DNA of 64,000 nucleotides from Mobula hypostoma (lineage: Eukaryota): contig NC_086097.1 in assembly GCF_963921235.1 (NCBI RefSeq), positions 241,554,001 through 241,618,000 on the forward strand. The letters are read 5' to 3'. The position numbers and the translations under genes are program-made. Shown here in pieces: positions 52,201-64,000 of this stretch (position 1 is its first letter; each line of letters starts with the position of its first letter). The notes under the pieces were generated by a model. It was given only the letters and a program-made list of their open reading frames with translations. It was not told the origin of the DNA and ran no database searches.

Positions 52201-54687
52201 ACTCATTAATTTTCATTCTGCATCATTAATCCTAGTCAAAAAATAGATTGCAGACTGGTCAGAAACACAGCTGGTTTTATGTTAGCTCCAATGAGCTAAC
52301 CTCTAGAAAATGTACCCTGGAAGATCTGAACGACTGTCTTCACCCAGTACAAATTTGAATCCGAACCCAAATTCTTCAGGAACGGGACCATTCACCGCAC
52401 AGATTCGGCCACGATTCCCAGATCCAGTCTTCAGTAATCCAAACCACATTAAGACTTGAGGGATATACTGATTTTTTAAGTGGTTGATAGGCAGACCAAT
52501 GTACGTTATTATTTACCAAGCACTGAAAACTGTAGAACGCAGTAAAGGAATCCATATCCGCTGTTTTTTTTTAAATGTAACTCACAAATGAAAGGAATTT
52601 TCCACATGCTTTAGCGCAATAGTGGCCGTTCCACCACACTGCAGTGGTGTCGACAGAGTGGTAGACTGGGAGGCTCGTCACACATGAATAGTAAATTTGT
52701 GGATAACACAAAAATTGGTGAAGTGGCGAACAGTGAAGATGATTGTCCAAGGCTACAGCAGTATCTCGATCAACTGGGTAAGAAACTCTATAAAACCCTG
52801 GTTAGACTATTGCAGAACTGGACCATACACTTCCACATGCAATTCGTCTTCGTGTAGCTTACATTATTTTGGTGTTGTTCAAGCACAGAATGATATCATC
52901 AAAATGTAAACTTGTAAATTATGCTCCTTAATACGAGGGGAAGAATTTAAGGTCATTGGAGGAGAGTATTGGGGGGGATGTCTGACATTGTTTTTCTACA
53001 CAGAAAATGGTGGATACCCCCGGCCAAGGGTGGTGGTAGACCAAATGTATAAGGGGCATTTAATAAACTCTTAGATAGGCATATGGATGATAGAGAAATG
53101 GAGGGCTTTGTAGAGGAGAAGGGTTAGATTGATCTTAGAGTAGGTTAAAAGTTGGCACTACAATGTGGGATGAAGGTCTATGTTCTGAATTCCACTGGTG
53201 GAAGACGATGGCAATTCACAATGGCAGTGAAGGTGGAGGAAGGCTTATGGGGATCACGGATCAGCCTTGACAGCCACATGAGGACCCACCAACAGACAAT
53301 CGCTTTGGATGTGGTCTTTCATTGATTCTATTGTGTTTCTTGTTCATGTTCTGTTTGGGTAGTCTACAACACATAAGACCAGAAGACAAAGGAGCAGAAT
53401 TAGACTATTCAGTCCATTCCATCATGATTGACTTATTAACCCTCTCAACCCCACTCTCCTGCCTTCTCCCAATAACCTTTGACACCCTGATTAATCAAGG
53501 ATCTATCAACCTCCACTTTAAATATACCCAGTGACTTGACCTCCACAAACGTCTGTGGCAATGAAGTCCATGGATTCACTACCCTACGGCCAAAGAAATT
53601 CCTCTTCATCTCTTTCTTTCCATTATGAGGCCATGTCCTCTGGCCCTAGTCCCCGCCCCCACTATAGGAAACATCCTCTCCACATAGGCCTTTCGTTATT
53701 CGATAGGTTTCAATGAGATCCCTCCTCATTCTTCTGAATTCCAGTGAGTACAGGCCCAATATCATAAACATTGAATTCTCCACTTTCAGGTCACCTGTTC
53801 TCCCTCTGCCCCTTTCCTTCGCCTTTTGAACTGTCCAGGTGCTCTCACAAATTTCCAAGCTGCCAACACTAAACCAACCACCCGCATCCTTCCGCTACCT
53901 CCTACCTCCATTTACATTTGTCCCTCGCCACACACTCTTCCCACTGGGTCCAATCCCCCTCCCTCTTTGATCCCAGTCTTCACCTTAATTTGTCAACAGT
54001 TTCCATCACCTGCAGTCTTCTGTTGTCTCCACATCTCTTTCCAGCTTCTGTCATAGTCTCCGGTCTTCCCTCCCCCACCTGACTCCATCTGCCAATCATC
54101 ACTTCCTGTTGCTTTCCCCTTCCCTCTTCCTCACCTCTTTATCCAGGCTAACTCCCCTCTACTCTTTTGGTACAGATGAAGGTTCTTGACCCAAAGTGTC
54201 AACTGCTCATTCCCTTCCGTAACTCTTTTTTTCTGCTCCAGAACTCAGAGGCAAACTCTTCCTCTTCATGAGAGTTAGGATGTTTTGGATGGTATCCCAT
54301 GTATTTATATTTGTTGTGTGGAATCTTATGAATTTGTATTTATTTTGTGCTATCTTAGTTATTTATATTTATTGTTATTTTATTATTATTTCTTTAATTT
54401 TTTTTTGGAGTAACAATCATTTTTTTCTCCTTTACACTTGTGTACTGGAAATGCCATTAAACAATCTTGCATCTTGAAGCTTTGTTGCATTTTTGCAAAG
54501 CACTTTTTCTTCAAAGGGTGGGATGGTAGAGTAGTGGTTAGCTTAATGCTAATACAGTGCCCGTGACCCAGGTTCAGTTCCACTGCTATCTGTAAGGAGT
54601 TTGTACATTCTCCCAGTGACATTGTAGGTTTCGTCTGGGTGCTCCAGTTCCCTCCCAGATTCTAAAGTTGTATGGGTTAGTAGGTCA

Positions 54688-54830
54688 ATCCACAAACCTG
54701 ACTGCCCGGGGTCAAAGATCCACATACCTGACTGCCCGGGGTCAAAGATCCACATACCTGACTGCCCCGGGTCGAAGATTCACAAACCTGACTGCCCGGG
54801 GTCAAAGATCCACAAAGCTGACTGCCCGGG
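54688..54830. repeat. 30-bp minisatellite, ~4.7 units
   Basis: atccacaaacctgactgcccggggtcaaag repeated with period 30. Confidence 0.92.
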
Positions 54831-55449
54831 TAGGCCCATTCTTTCTGCCTACTCCTGCCCCACTGAGCTCAAGTCCGTTGCTCACCCAGTTTCTCTTTGC
54901 TTACTCAGTTGGAATTCAGTAGAACAGGGATCTAGAGCAGTGTGGCCAATGGCTACAATAGGGCCAGGGGTCATGGAGTATGACAGCACAGAAGGAGGGC
55001 CTGAACTAATATCTGCCTAATCTATTGACCCGCACCTGCGCCATAGCCCTCTATACCCACCAATCCATACACTGTACTTATCCAGACATTCAAGTAAACT
55101 GCAGCAGGATTCTCCACTCTAAGACAGAGAGCACGGGTGCCGTGTGTAGGTATTGGCACAGCCTCAGAATACAAGCGCATCCCTTTAGAACAAACATGAG
55201 GAGGAATTTCATTTGTCAGAGGGTGGTGAATCCGTAGAATTCATTGCCACGGATGGCTGTGAAGGCTGGCATACTGGGTGTATTTAAAGCAGAGGTTGAT
55301 AGGTTCTTCATTAGGAAGGCCATCAAAGGTTATGGGGCAAAGGCGGCACAATGAGATTGAGAAAAAAATAAATCAGCCATGATCGAATGGCAAAGCAGGC
55401 CCGATGGGCCAATTGCCTATTTCTGCCCCTAAGACTTATAATCTTACTG

Positions 55450-55966
55450 CCTTAGTGGTGGTGGGTGCTGGTTTTCCATCGTGTCCCTGGAGAGTTTTTA
55501 AAGTGGAAAGGCTTTTGCACTGGGACAGTTCCACTGTCTCAACCTCAGAAGTCAAGGTCCAGTGTCATGAGCAAGAGTCCCAACCTGTGGTCTTCCTTGT
55601 GGGTGACCATTCTGTGCCTTGTCATGTTCTTCACTCTCCACTAAACATTGCAGCACCACCTTCCTAGTCAACGGATCTCAATGTAGATCTCCTCCACTCA
55701 GCTCACCGGACGGAAATGCATGTTCGGGCAGGTATGTCCCTGTCTCACTGGGGTAAGTGACCTGCCAGCTACCCTCATCTGATTTAGCCCACCTGTCGAA
55801 GCGGTGTACCGGGCTGTGGCTGCTGTCACATGCGAACAGCTACTTAGAACCACAAGTGAGAGCTGAGTGTCTGGTGGGGACCAAACGTGAGTGAGCTGCC
55901 CTGGAAAGGACACAACCAGTCCCTTCGCCAGAGGTGCTACCCCTCCCTGGTCACCCCATACACTCC
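55450..55966 (-). mobile_element. Non-coding retroposon sharing the structured 5' head of 7773-8292 but with a different 3' body
   Basis: Minus strand ggagtgtatggggtgaccagggaggggtagcacctctgg..gctaaatcagatgagggtagc. Confidence 0.65.
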
Positions 55967-56275
55967 TCTACCTTGGTATTGGTTTATTATAGTCACATGC
56001 ATTGAGATACAGTAAAAGCTTGTCTTGCATTCAGATCAGATCATCACACAGTGCATTGAAGTAGAACAAGTAAAACAATAATGATGCAGAATAAAGTGTA
56101 AAAGCAACAGAGAAGATGTGGGTGCAGGCACACAATAAGGCGCAAGATTATAACCAAGTAGATTGTGAGGTCAAGCATCCATCTTATTGTATAACAGGTC
56201 CGTTCAAGAGTCTAATAACAGAAGTTATCCTTGAATCTGTTGGTACGTGCTGTCTGGCTTTCATATCTGGTGTCT

Positions 56276-56817
56276 GGGGTGTATGGGGTGTCAGGGAGGG
56301 GTAGCACCTCTGGTGGGGGAACATGTCGCGTCCTTTTCAGGGCGGTTAGTCCACCTTTGGTCCCCACCTGGCACTCCCCATAGCTGTTTGCATGCGACAA
56401 AGGGCCTGTACGGTGCAACGGCTTCGACAAGCCGGCTAAACCAGGTGAGGGTAGACGACGGGTCTCAAACCCTCGGTGTGATAGGGAGTTGTCTATCCCA
56501 GCATGTGAAGACAGACTCCGGCGGATTGAGTGGACGAGACCAATGGAAGGTCCAACGGTCAAGAAGGCGGTCTCTGCAAGCGTTGTGGAACGTGTAGAGC
56601 AGGACAAGACACAGAAGACGTCCTGGTCATCCACTGCGCCTAGTCCCATCTCCAGCCGTCTAGACTCTGTCTTGCCACTGGATCCAGATGGGTATTGGGA
56701 AGAGAGAGTGAGGCTGACGCTGTGCAACTCTCCCTCACTTAAATCCAAATCACGCGCTAGTCTCAACACCATCATAATGGTGTCGAGGTCCTCATCGACG
56801 TCAATGATGGACAAACA
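56276..56817 (+). mobile_element. Second, 5'-longer copy of the 7773-8292 retroposon
   Basis: Colinear similarity along its length, with a small deletion near 56375. Confidence 0.85.
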
Positions 56818-59003
56818 AAGGAAGGATCTTCTCCCCAATGAGAGGGGAGAGAAGAGAGAACGTCCAAATGAAAAGGATGTCCTGATGAAGGGTCTCGGCC
56901 TCTCCATAGATGCTGCCCGACCTGCTGAGTTTACCTGGCACTTCTTGTTTTTACTAAGAATGTCCAGGTTAAATTAGGGTCTTTGATTATGCTGGCTGCT
57001 TTACTGAGGCAGACAGAACATAGAATACAGACTACTACAGCACAATACAGCCCACAACGTGCTGACCTTTTAACTCACTCAAGATCAATCTATGCTCAAT
57101 GAACTCTAAGCTAAGCAATAAGATAGATGAGAAGAGACACATCAGAATCTCCTTCTCTCAATAATATTTACTAAATATAGGGTGAGGACAAAGTATCATT
57201 TCTTGTTTTTGTACTTGTGCCAATGTTTTCCCCAAAGCTGCCAACAGCAATGACTTCACTCCCTTAATGTTTATAGCATATTGGTGGCATTACTGGATCT
57301 GCTGTATGTATCTCTAATAGAGTCTTGGAGAAATTCAGCACCGTACAGGCCCTTTGCCCCAACGAGTCCATGCCAACCATGTCGTTCACTTACATAGAAC
57401 ATTATAGCACAGATAAAGGGCCTTTAGCTCAGTAAGTCCTTGGCAACCACGTTGTCCAACTACATAGAACATAATTGCATAGTACAGGCTCTTCAGCCCA
57501 TGATATAGTGCTAACCTTATAACCAACTCAAAGATTTATCTAACCCTTCCTTCCTGCATAGCCTTCTGTTTCTCTATAATCCATGTGCATATCTAGGAGT
57601 TTTTAACTACCCCTAATCTATCTGCCTATCACCATCCCTAGCAGCACATTCCGTGCCCTCTGTGTGAAAAAAAAACCTCTTTTATCCCCCTATACTTTCC
57701 TCTGATTATCTTAAAATTATGCACCCCTAGGGAGTAGGCCAAGTTTCACTGCCTTGTTCTTTGAACTTTTCAACATGCAAGATGATTTGTTATTTTCTGT
57801 CTCCCAACACAGTGCAAATCAATCAGCTGAACAGATCCTGACCCGGATCTGGGCCATACCCTCCAAATATCCGGACCTGCATCTTGGTTTTTTTGCACTA
57901 CCTTACCTTTCATTTTTCTATTTTCTATTTATGATTTATAATTTACATTTTTAATATCTACTATCAATTTGTAATCCAGGGAGCGGAAAGTGCAGAATCA
58001 AATATCGCTATGATGATTGTACGATCTAGTATCAATTGTTTGGCGACAATAAAGTATAAAGTATGTACCCTCAGCAACACATTTAGCTCACAGGCTAACT
58101 ACCACCTCTTCCAAATTATTTAGAAATGCTCTCCATGCAAACTGTAGGAAGGACCACATTTCTGTCTGGGAAGAGCATGGCAAAAAGAGTGAAAAGACCA
58201 GTTCTCACTACCTCCACTCACTGCCCAATGAAGAACGTCAAAGTCAATTTATTATCAAAATGCATCTATATCACCATATACTACCCTGAGATTCATTTTT
58301 GTACAGTCATTTACAGGAAAATAAAGAAATACAATCAAATTTATGAAAACCTATACATAAACTTAGACCGACAAACAACCACTGTGGAAAAGAGGAAAAC
58401 TTGCAAAAATAAAAATATAAATAATACTGAGAGCATAAGTTGTAGAGTGAGCCTATAAGTTGTGGAATCCATTTAGGGTTGAGGTGAGCGAATTTATCCA
58501 CGCTGGTTCAGGAGCCTGATGGTTGTAGGTAATAACTGCTCCTGTTCTGCAAACTTTCTTGAATTAAGTAACTTAACCTGTGTTGTCTGGTTTGATAAAG
58601 GTCCAATTAAATCAACCCCAATGTGTTACACTGTTTCTCAATCAATCAGCTCTAACTTTGTGCTCTATAGACAGTGCTGTTTGTTTACAAAGTTCTCCTT
58701 TTAACATCAGACTGATGATTGCTTGCCGCTTACACAAAAACTGAATACTGGCTCTCACTTACAAGAAGCTGAACAAAGAACTTAACTTGGAAATTCAATT
58801 TATTCAAAAACAACTCTTTGATCTCCACAAATATCAGCTGCTATGTTAAAAAGCTGAACTTGGTAAAAGAAAAAGACCCTCTGCGCTGGACAGTGAAAAA
58901 TTCATCATAGAGTAGTAAATCAATCATGAGAGAATGACACAGCAGACTCGATAGGTCAAATGGCCAAATTCTGCTCCGAAATCCTATGATCTGCTCCTAT
59001 GGC

Positions 59004-59586
59004 AGGAGGAGAAGATGGCAACACGATGCTGCTCACGCAGCTCTCCGGTGAAATGTTATCGTATTTGTTAAATAGGGGCCGTGGACAATTCTGATTTGAT
59101 GGAGACAGACGTGAGAAGGCACAGAGGAACATCTGGAGAAATTTCTGAAACGCCCGGTTCACTGCCGCTGCTACTGTGCGATCGAGAATCGAGATCGAGA
59201 TCGAGGCCCCAAAGTCCCTGGCTTTGCCTGCTGCTGGCGACCGAGGCTGAGGTCGAAGCATTCGGCTCAAAGTTTTCGGACGACTCAGAGTCGGACTGTG
59301 GTCGGGCATGGCAGGGAGAGTTTTCTTCCTTCTCCCATCTGCGTGAGATGTGGGACATTCGAGAGACTTTGAACTTTTTTACTGTGCCATGGCCTGTTCT
59401 TCATCAAGTTATGGTATTGTTGCACTGTTGTAACTATATGTTATAATTATGTGATTTTTGTTAGTTTTTCAGTCCTGGTCTGTCCTGTGTTTCTCTGATA
59501 TCACACCGGAGGAATATTTTATCATTTCTTAATGCATGCATTACTAAATGACAATAAAAGAGGACTGTGTGTCCTCATAATCTAAT
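59004..59586 (+). mobile_element. ~600-bp non-coding retroposon family, copy 3
   Basis: ggaggagaagatggc start; same 3' end as 27122-27756. Confidence 0.75.
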
Positions 59587-59885
59587 ATGTCCTATGGTCT
59601 AAAAGCACAGTAAATTTGCTGGGTGGTGTGCTTAAGTGTAAGCAGTTGAAATTTATTTTTTACTGCACATCACTGCAGAACGCATTTCGCCCACAGCACA
59701 TTCAAGCAGCCCACTCACAGTCTCTTCTTTTGGATTTGGCAAAGGGATAAGATAAAGATATGATCTTCCCTCCTCTGTTATTTATATGAGTTTTCATCGT
59801 GCTTTAAGTTCAACACACCACGTTCATAAATGTGTCATGAAGCAGAAAGCGGGAGAGAAGTGAATTTAATCCACTCTCTCACATA

Positions 59886-60523
59886 CACTCAGTGGCCACC
59901 TGATTAGGCACACCAGCTGGTTAATGCAAATATCTAATCAGTCAACGAATGGCAGCATCCCAATGCATAAAGACCTGCAGACATGTTCAAGGGGTTCAGT
60001 TGATGTTCAGACCAAACATCAGAACCGCAAAGAAATGTGATCTAAGTGACCTTGGCAGCAGAATGATGGTTGGTGCCAGACAGGGTGGTTTGAGTATCTC
60101 AGAATCTGCTGATCTCCTGGGATTTTCACACAGAAGTCTCTGGAGTTTACAGTGAATGGTGAGTAAAACAAAAAAAACATCAAGTGAGTGGCAGTTCTGT
60201 GGGTGAAAACGCCCTGTTAATGAGTGAGGTCAGAGGAGAATGGCCAGAGTGGTTCAAGGTGACAGTAACTCAAGTAACCACACGTTAAAACAGTTCAATG
60301 CAGACGAGCATCTCTGAACTCACAACCCGCCAAGCCTCGAAATAGATTGGCTACAGAAGCCCACAAACATACACAGTGGCCACTTGAGAAGGAGGTAACA
60401 TAGTAATTTTTTTTATATGTTGCGCACTACTTTGGCTACAACACAACAAATTACATGCCATATATCAGTGATAGTAAACCTGATTCAAATTCAGGAGGTA
60501 CCTAATAAAACGGCCACCGAGTT
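59886..60523 (+). mobile_element. Tc1/mariner non-autonomous element
   Basis: TA flanks; TIRs cactcagtggccacc..attagg / cctaataaaacggccaccgagt; KKCDLSDLGSRMMVGARQGGLSISESADLLGFS. Confidence 0.8.
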
Positions 60524-61639
60524 TACTCCTCCAACTCACAACCTCAGGCTCCGTGCCAACCAAATGTTTACAGTCTTGGCAGTACATTCAGGGCACATGT
60601 GTAAGATATCAATGCATGAAAATGCCATGCAATCACAATGTAAGCTGACAGGACTTGACATCTAAATGTGTGTTAAAGTGATTTTTTTTTTTCACTCTCC
60701 TGCCCAGAAGTAAGGAACACAAATAGAAAATGTCAGGAAGGAAATTGGTTTGCTTGATGCAGCCCAGATGCTGCGTCACGACAGCACTGTGATTCATGCA
60801 ACACTTCACAGCGCCAACAGTCCTGCTTCCGTCCCTGCCGCTGACTGTAAGGACTTTGCATATTCTCCCTGTGACCATGTAGGTTTCCTACGGGTTCTCT
60901 GGTTTCCTCGCACGTCCCAGCCACATCAGATTACTGGGTTAACTGGTCACATGGGTGGAATTGGGCTCGTTTGGCCTGAGGGCTTATTTCTGTACTGTAT
61001 CTCTAAATAAATAAATTGTTTAATGTACCACCAGTACTCCAGAGCTGTAGGAACATAGCACCAACAACCAGCAGCCAAGGTTATGTCAAGATGTCAAAGT
61101 CAAAGCAAACTTATTATTGAAATATGCATATTCCACCATGTACTAACTTGAGATTCATTGTCTCGCATGCATTTACAGGAAAATAAAGAAATTCAGTAGA
61201 AGTTTTGTAGAACTACACATAAATAAAGACAAGAGATTTGCAGATGTTGGAAATCTAGAATAAAACACATAAAAATCTGGAGGAATTCTCCACTCCTCCT
61301 ATTCTCCTTTTCCATTCTCCATTCTGAATCTCCTATTACCTGTTCTCTTCTTCTCACCTGCCTATCATCTCCCCCTGGTGCCCCTCCTCCTTCCTTTTCT
61401 CTCACGGTTCACTATTCTCTCCTATCAGATTCCTTCTTCTTCAGCACTTTACCTTTTCCCCTATCAGCTCCTGGCTTCTTACTTCACCCACCTACCTTCC
61501 CCTCACCTGGCTTCACCCATCACCTTCTAGCTTGTACTCCGTCCCCTCCCACCCCCCACCCCAGCATCTCCTTATTCTGGCTTCTTTCCCCCTCCTTTCC
61601 AGACCTGATGAAGAGTCGCAAAACGTTGACTCCTTATTC

Positions 61640-62915
61640 CATAAAACCACAGAACCATAGAACATTACAGCACAGAAACAGGCCCTTTGGCCCTTCTTGG
61701 CTGTGCCGAACCATTTTTCTGCCTCGTCCCACTGACCTGCACCTGGACCATATCCCTCCGTACACCTCTCATCCATGTACCTGTCCAAGTTTTTCTTAAA
61801 TGTTAAAAGTGAGCCATTTACCACTTCATCTGGCAGCTCATTCCACACTCCCACCACTCTCTGTGTGAAGAAGTCCCCCCCCATGTTCCCTTTAAACTTT
61901 TCCCCCTTCACCCTTAACCCATGTCCTCTGGTTTTTTTCTCCCCTAGCCTCAGTAGAAAAAGCCTGCTTGCATTCATTCTATCTATACCCATCATAATTT
62001 TATATACCTCTATCAAATCTCCCCTCATTCTTCTACGCTCCAGGGAATAAAGTCCTAACCTATTCAACCTTTCCCTGTAACTCAGTTTCTCAAGTCCTGG
62101 CAACATCCTTGTAAACCTTCTCTGCACTCTTTCAACCTTATTAATGTAGCCCCCTGGTAAGCCTCAGGCTCGCTCAGCTCGCTTTCGTCTAGGGGAAGCA
62201 GCCTTCGGCCCCGCTAAACTGGGTAATCAAGTTTGTGTGGATGCTGTGTGATGTACCCCACACCGCCAAATAACAGACAGTACACCATATGAGATTAAAT
62301 GATTACACTTTATAGATCTTACTGGAACGATGTAATTAATAGAGATAAAATATAAAAGGAAAAGTAAAAGGCGCCAAACTTATCAGAGTTCAACCACTTC
62401 GTGCACAACTGTTGGAGCTCATTGAATGGGGTCTTCTTTCCACCATGCGATCTCCTCCAACCCCCTCGACCCGCCGCCTGGGACCAACCACAGTGGTTGA
62501 CCAGAGCACACCCAGAACGTCCTTCCTCTTCGGTTCTCCTCCCGAAAACTCTGGGCCTCGGACTCCCGCTCAGGGTCCGTCCTGGCACCCGGCTTACAGC
62601 ATCGCGTCTCCTCTCTCTGTCTCCATCGCTCCTTCTGCCCAAAGCCCGCGAAAACAATAGCTTACAGACACACAAGAAAGAATAACATCTATCCCAATTG
62701 GTTAGCAAATGAATACAATTCTCGTTATCAGTTATTATAACACAAAACAAGCTGCTAGAGAGAGAACCACTGTCTCAGCAGTTCACATCACAGAGAAGCC
62801 ATTTTATTTTAACATAACAAAGAGCCATTTTATTCACCTTAGCAGTAACATGAAAGAAGAAATGCCTTACATTAATATCCTTCCTGTAATTTGGTGACCA
62901 AAACTGCACACAATT
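61640..62915 (-). mobile_element. CR1 3' fragment split by a solo LTR
   Basis: QRRFTRMLPGLEKLSYRERL..; CR1 sequence resumes at 62876. Confidence 0.9.
62145..62871 (-). mobile_element. Solo LTR (Gypsy-like)
   Basis: TG...CA termini; perfect 4-bp TSD ttaa (62141-62144, 62872-62875). Strand inferred. Confidence 0.9.
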
Positions 62916-62920
62916 CCTCT

Positions 62921-63192
62921 GCATAGAAACATAGAAAATAGGTGCAAGAATAGGCCATTCAGCCCTTCAAGTCTGCACCGCCATTCAGTATGATCATGGC
63001 TGATCATCCAACTCAGAACCCAGTACCAGCCTTCCCCCCATATCCCCGATCCCTTTAGCCACAAGGGCCATATCTAACTCCCTCATCCCTTTAGCCACAA
63101 GGGCCATATCTAACTCCCTGATCCCTTTAGCCACAAGGGCCATCTCTGACTCCCTCATCCCTTTAGCCACAAGGGCCATATCTAACTCCCTC
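62921..63192 (-). mobile_element. Very short CR1 3' end with 4 x 36-bp tandem repeat at its 5' junction (63049-63192)
   Basis: Unit atccctttagccacaagggccatatctaactccct(c/g) at 63049, 63085, 63121, 63157. Confidence 0.88.
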
Positions 63193-63795
63193 GTGATGCT
63201 GCCTGATCTGCTGAGTTCCTCCCGCATGTTGTGTGTGTTTCTATACATAAATAAAGACTGACAAATGGGCAAAAGAAGACAAATTGTGCAAATATAAATA
63301 TATAAAAATAATACTGAGAAGCTGAGTTGTAGATTCCTTGAAAGGCATTCAGTAGGTTATGGAAGCAGTTCACGGTTAAGGTGATGGCTATTCAAAACCC
63401 AGGTAAAAACTACGCTTCAGTGAAGCCTTTGCTATACAAAGGCAGGAACTGGCCTTTTCAGCTCACAATCAGAATCAGGATTAATTTTTTTGGTAAGGGA
63501 GTCTAAGACCAGGGGTCACAGCCTCAGAATAGTTGAATGACCATTTAGAATGGAGATGAGGAGGAGTTTCTTTAGTCAAAGAGTGGTGAATCTGTGTAAT
63601 CTGTTGCCACAGGTGGCAACACATTTAAGGCAGAGGTTGATAGATTCTTGATTAGTCACGGCATGAAGAGATATGGGGAGAAGGCAAGAGATTGGGACTG
63701 AGAGGAAAGTGGCCTAATTCTGCTTCTAGATATTATAGCACTGGCATAAGTCATGAAATTTGTTGTTTTGCAGCAGCAGTACAGGGTAATATATA

Positions 63796-64000
63796 TGTAA
63801 CACCCTGGGAGAGGTTTCACTGCTAATGTAATGGTCTTTCTGTAGAAGCAGTGTTTGGGCTATGATTAGAGATAACGGGTGCTTTGGAATGTGAACCGTC
63901 AAACACCGGGAGTGTGTTTCCGTGCCGTGTGCCTGACACCAGGGTGATTTGGGTCTTTTGTTCAGGGGGAGACGAAGAGAGCAGACACTGGAGCAGAGCC
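63796..64000 (+). mobile_element. Start of an LTR running off the window
   Basis: TGTAACACCCTGG start like the Gypsy LTR end at 6342; reverse similarity to 1140-1246. Confidence 0.65.

Noticed and set aside
54688..54830. CRISPR-like array of 30-bp repeats
   Set aside because: No unique spacers, no cas genes, eukaryotic context.
56212..56977. Overlapping 231-aa and 162-aa ORFs
   Set aside because: They span a GC-rich retroposon; frames are not kept in the 7773-8292 copy.

Overview
Repeat-dominated eukaryotic DNA with no recognisable host protein-coding gene, rRNA, tRNA gene or CRISPR array. The mix of CR1 LINEs, HE1/V-SINE-like SINEs and Neptune-type Penelope elements suggests an intronic or intergenic region of a cartilaginous fish, probably a ray (inference). 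Nearly all long ORFs are decayed transposon ORFs or their antisense shadows. Main contents: (1) an internally deleted Gypsy element with PNMA-like Gag and protease (1624-10662, minus) carrying five nested insertions; (2) many CR1 copies; (3) a near-full-length Penelope-like element (PLE; RT plus GIY-YIG) and many PLE terminal-repeat fragments; (4) L1, Tx1, RTE and Rex/Babar fragments; (5) Chapaev3-, Harbinger- and Tc1-type DNA elements, solo LTRs and SINEs. The most interesting signals are RNA-level: many minimal hammerhead ribozyme motifs in PLE repeats, a candidate HDV-like ribozyme with an unusual L3 hairpin at the 5' end of a non-coding RTE-like family, and two independent PLE insertions at the same homologous site of older PLE copies. 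All calls come from reading the sequence by eye; no database search or folding was run, and boundaries without a TSD are approximate.
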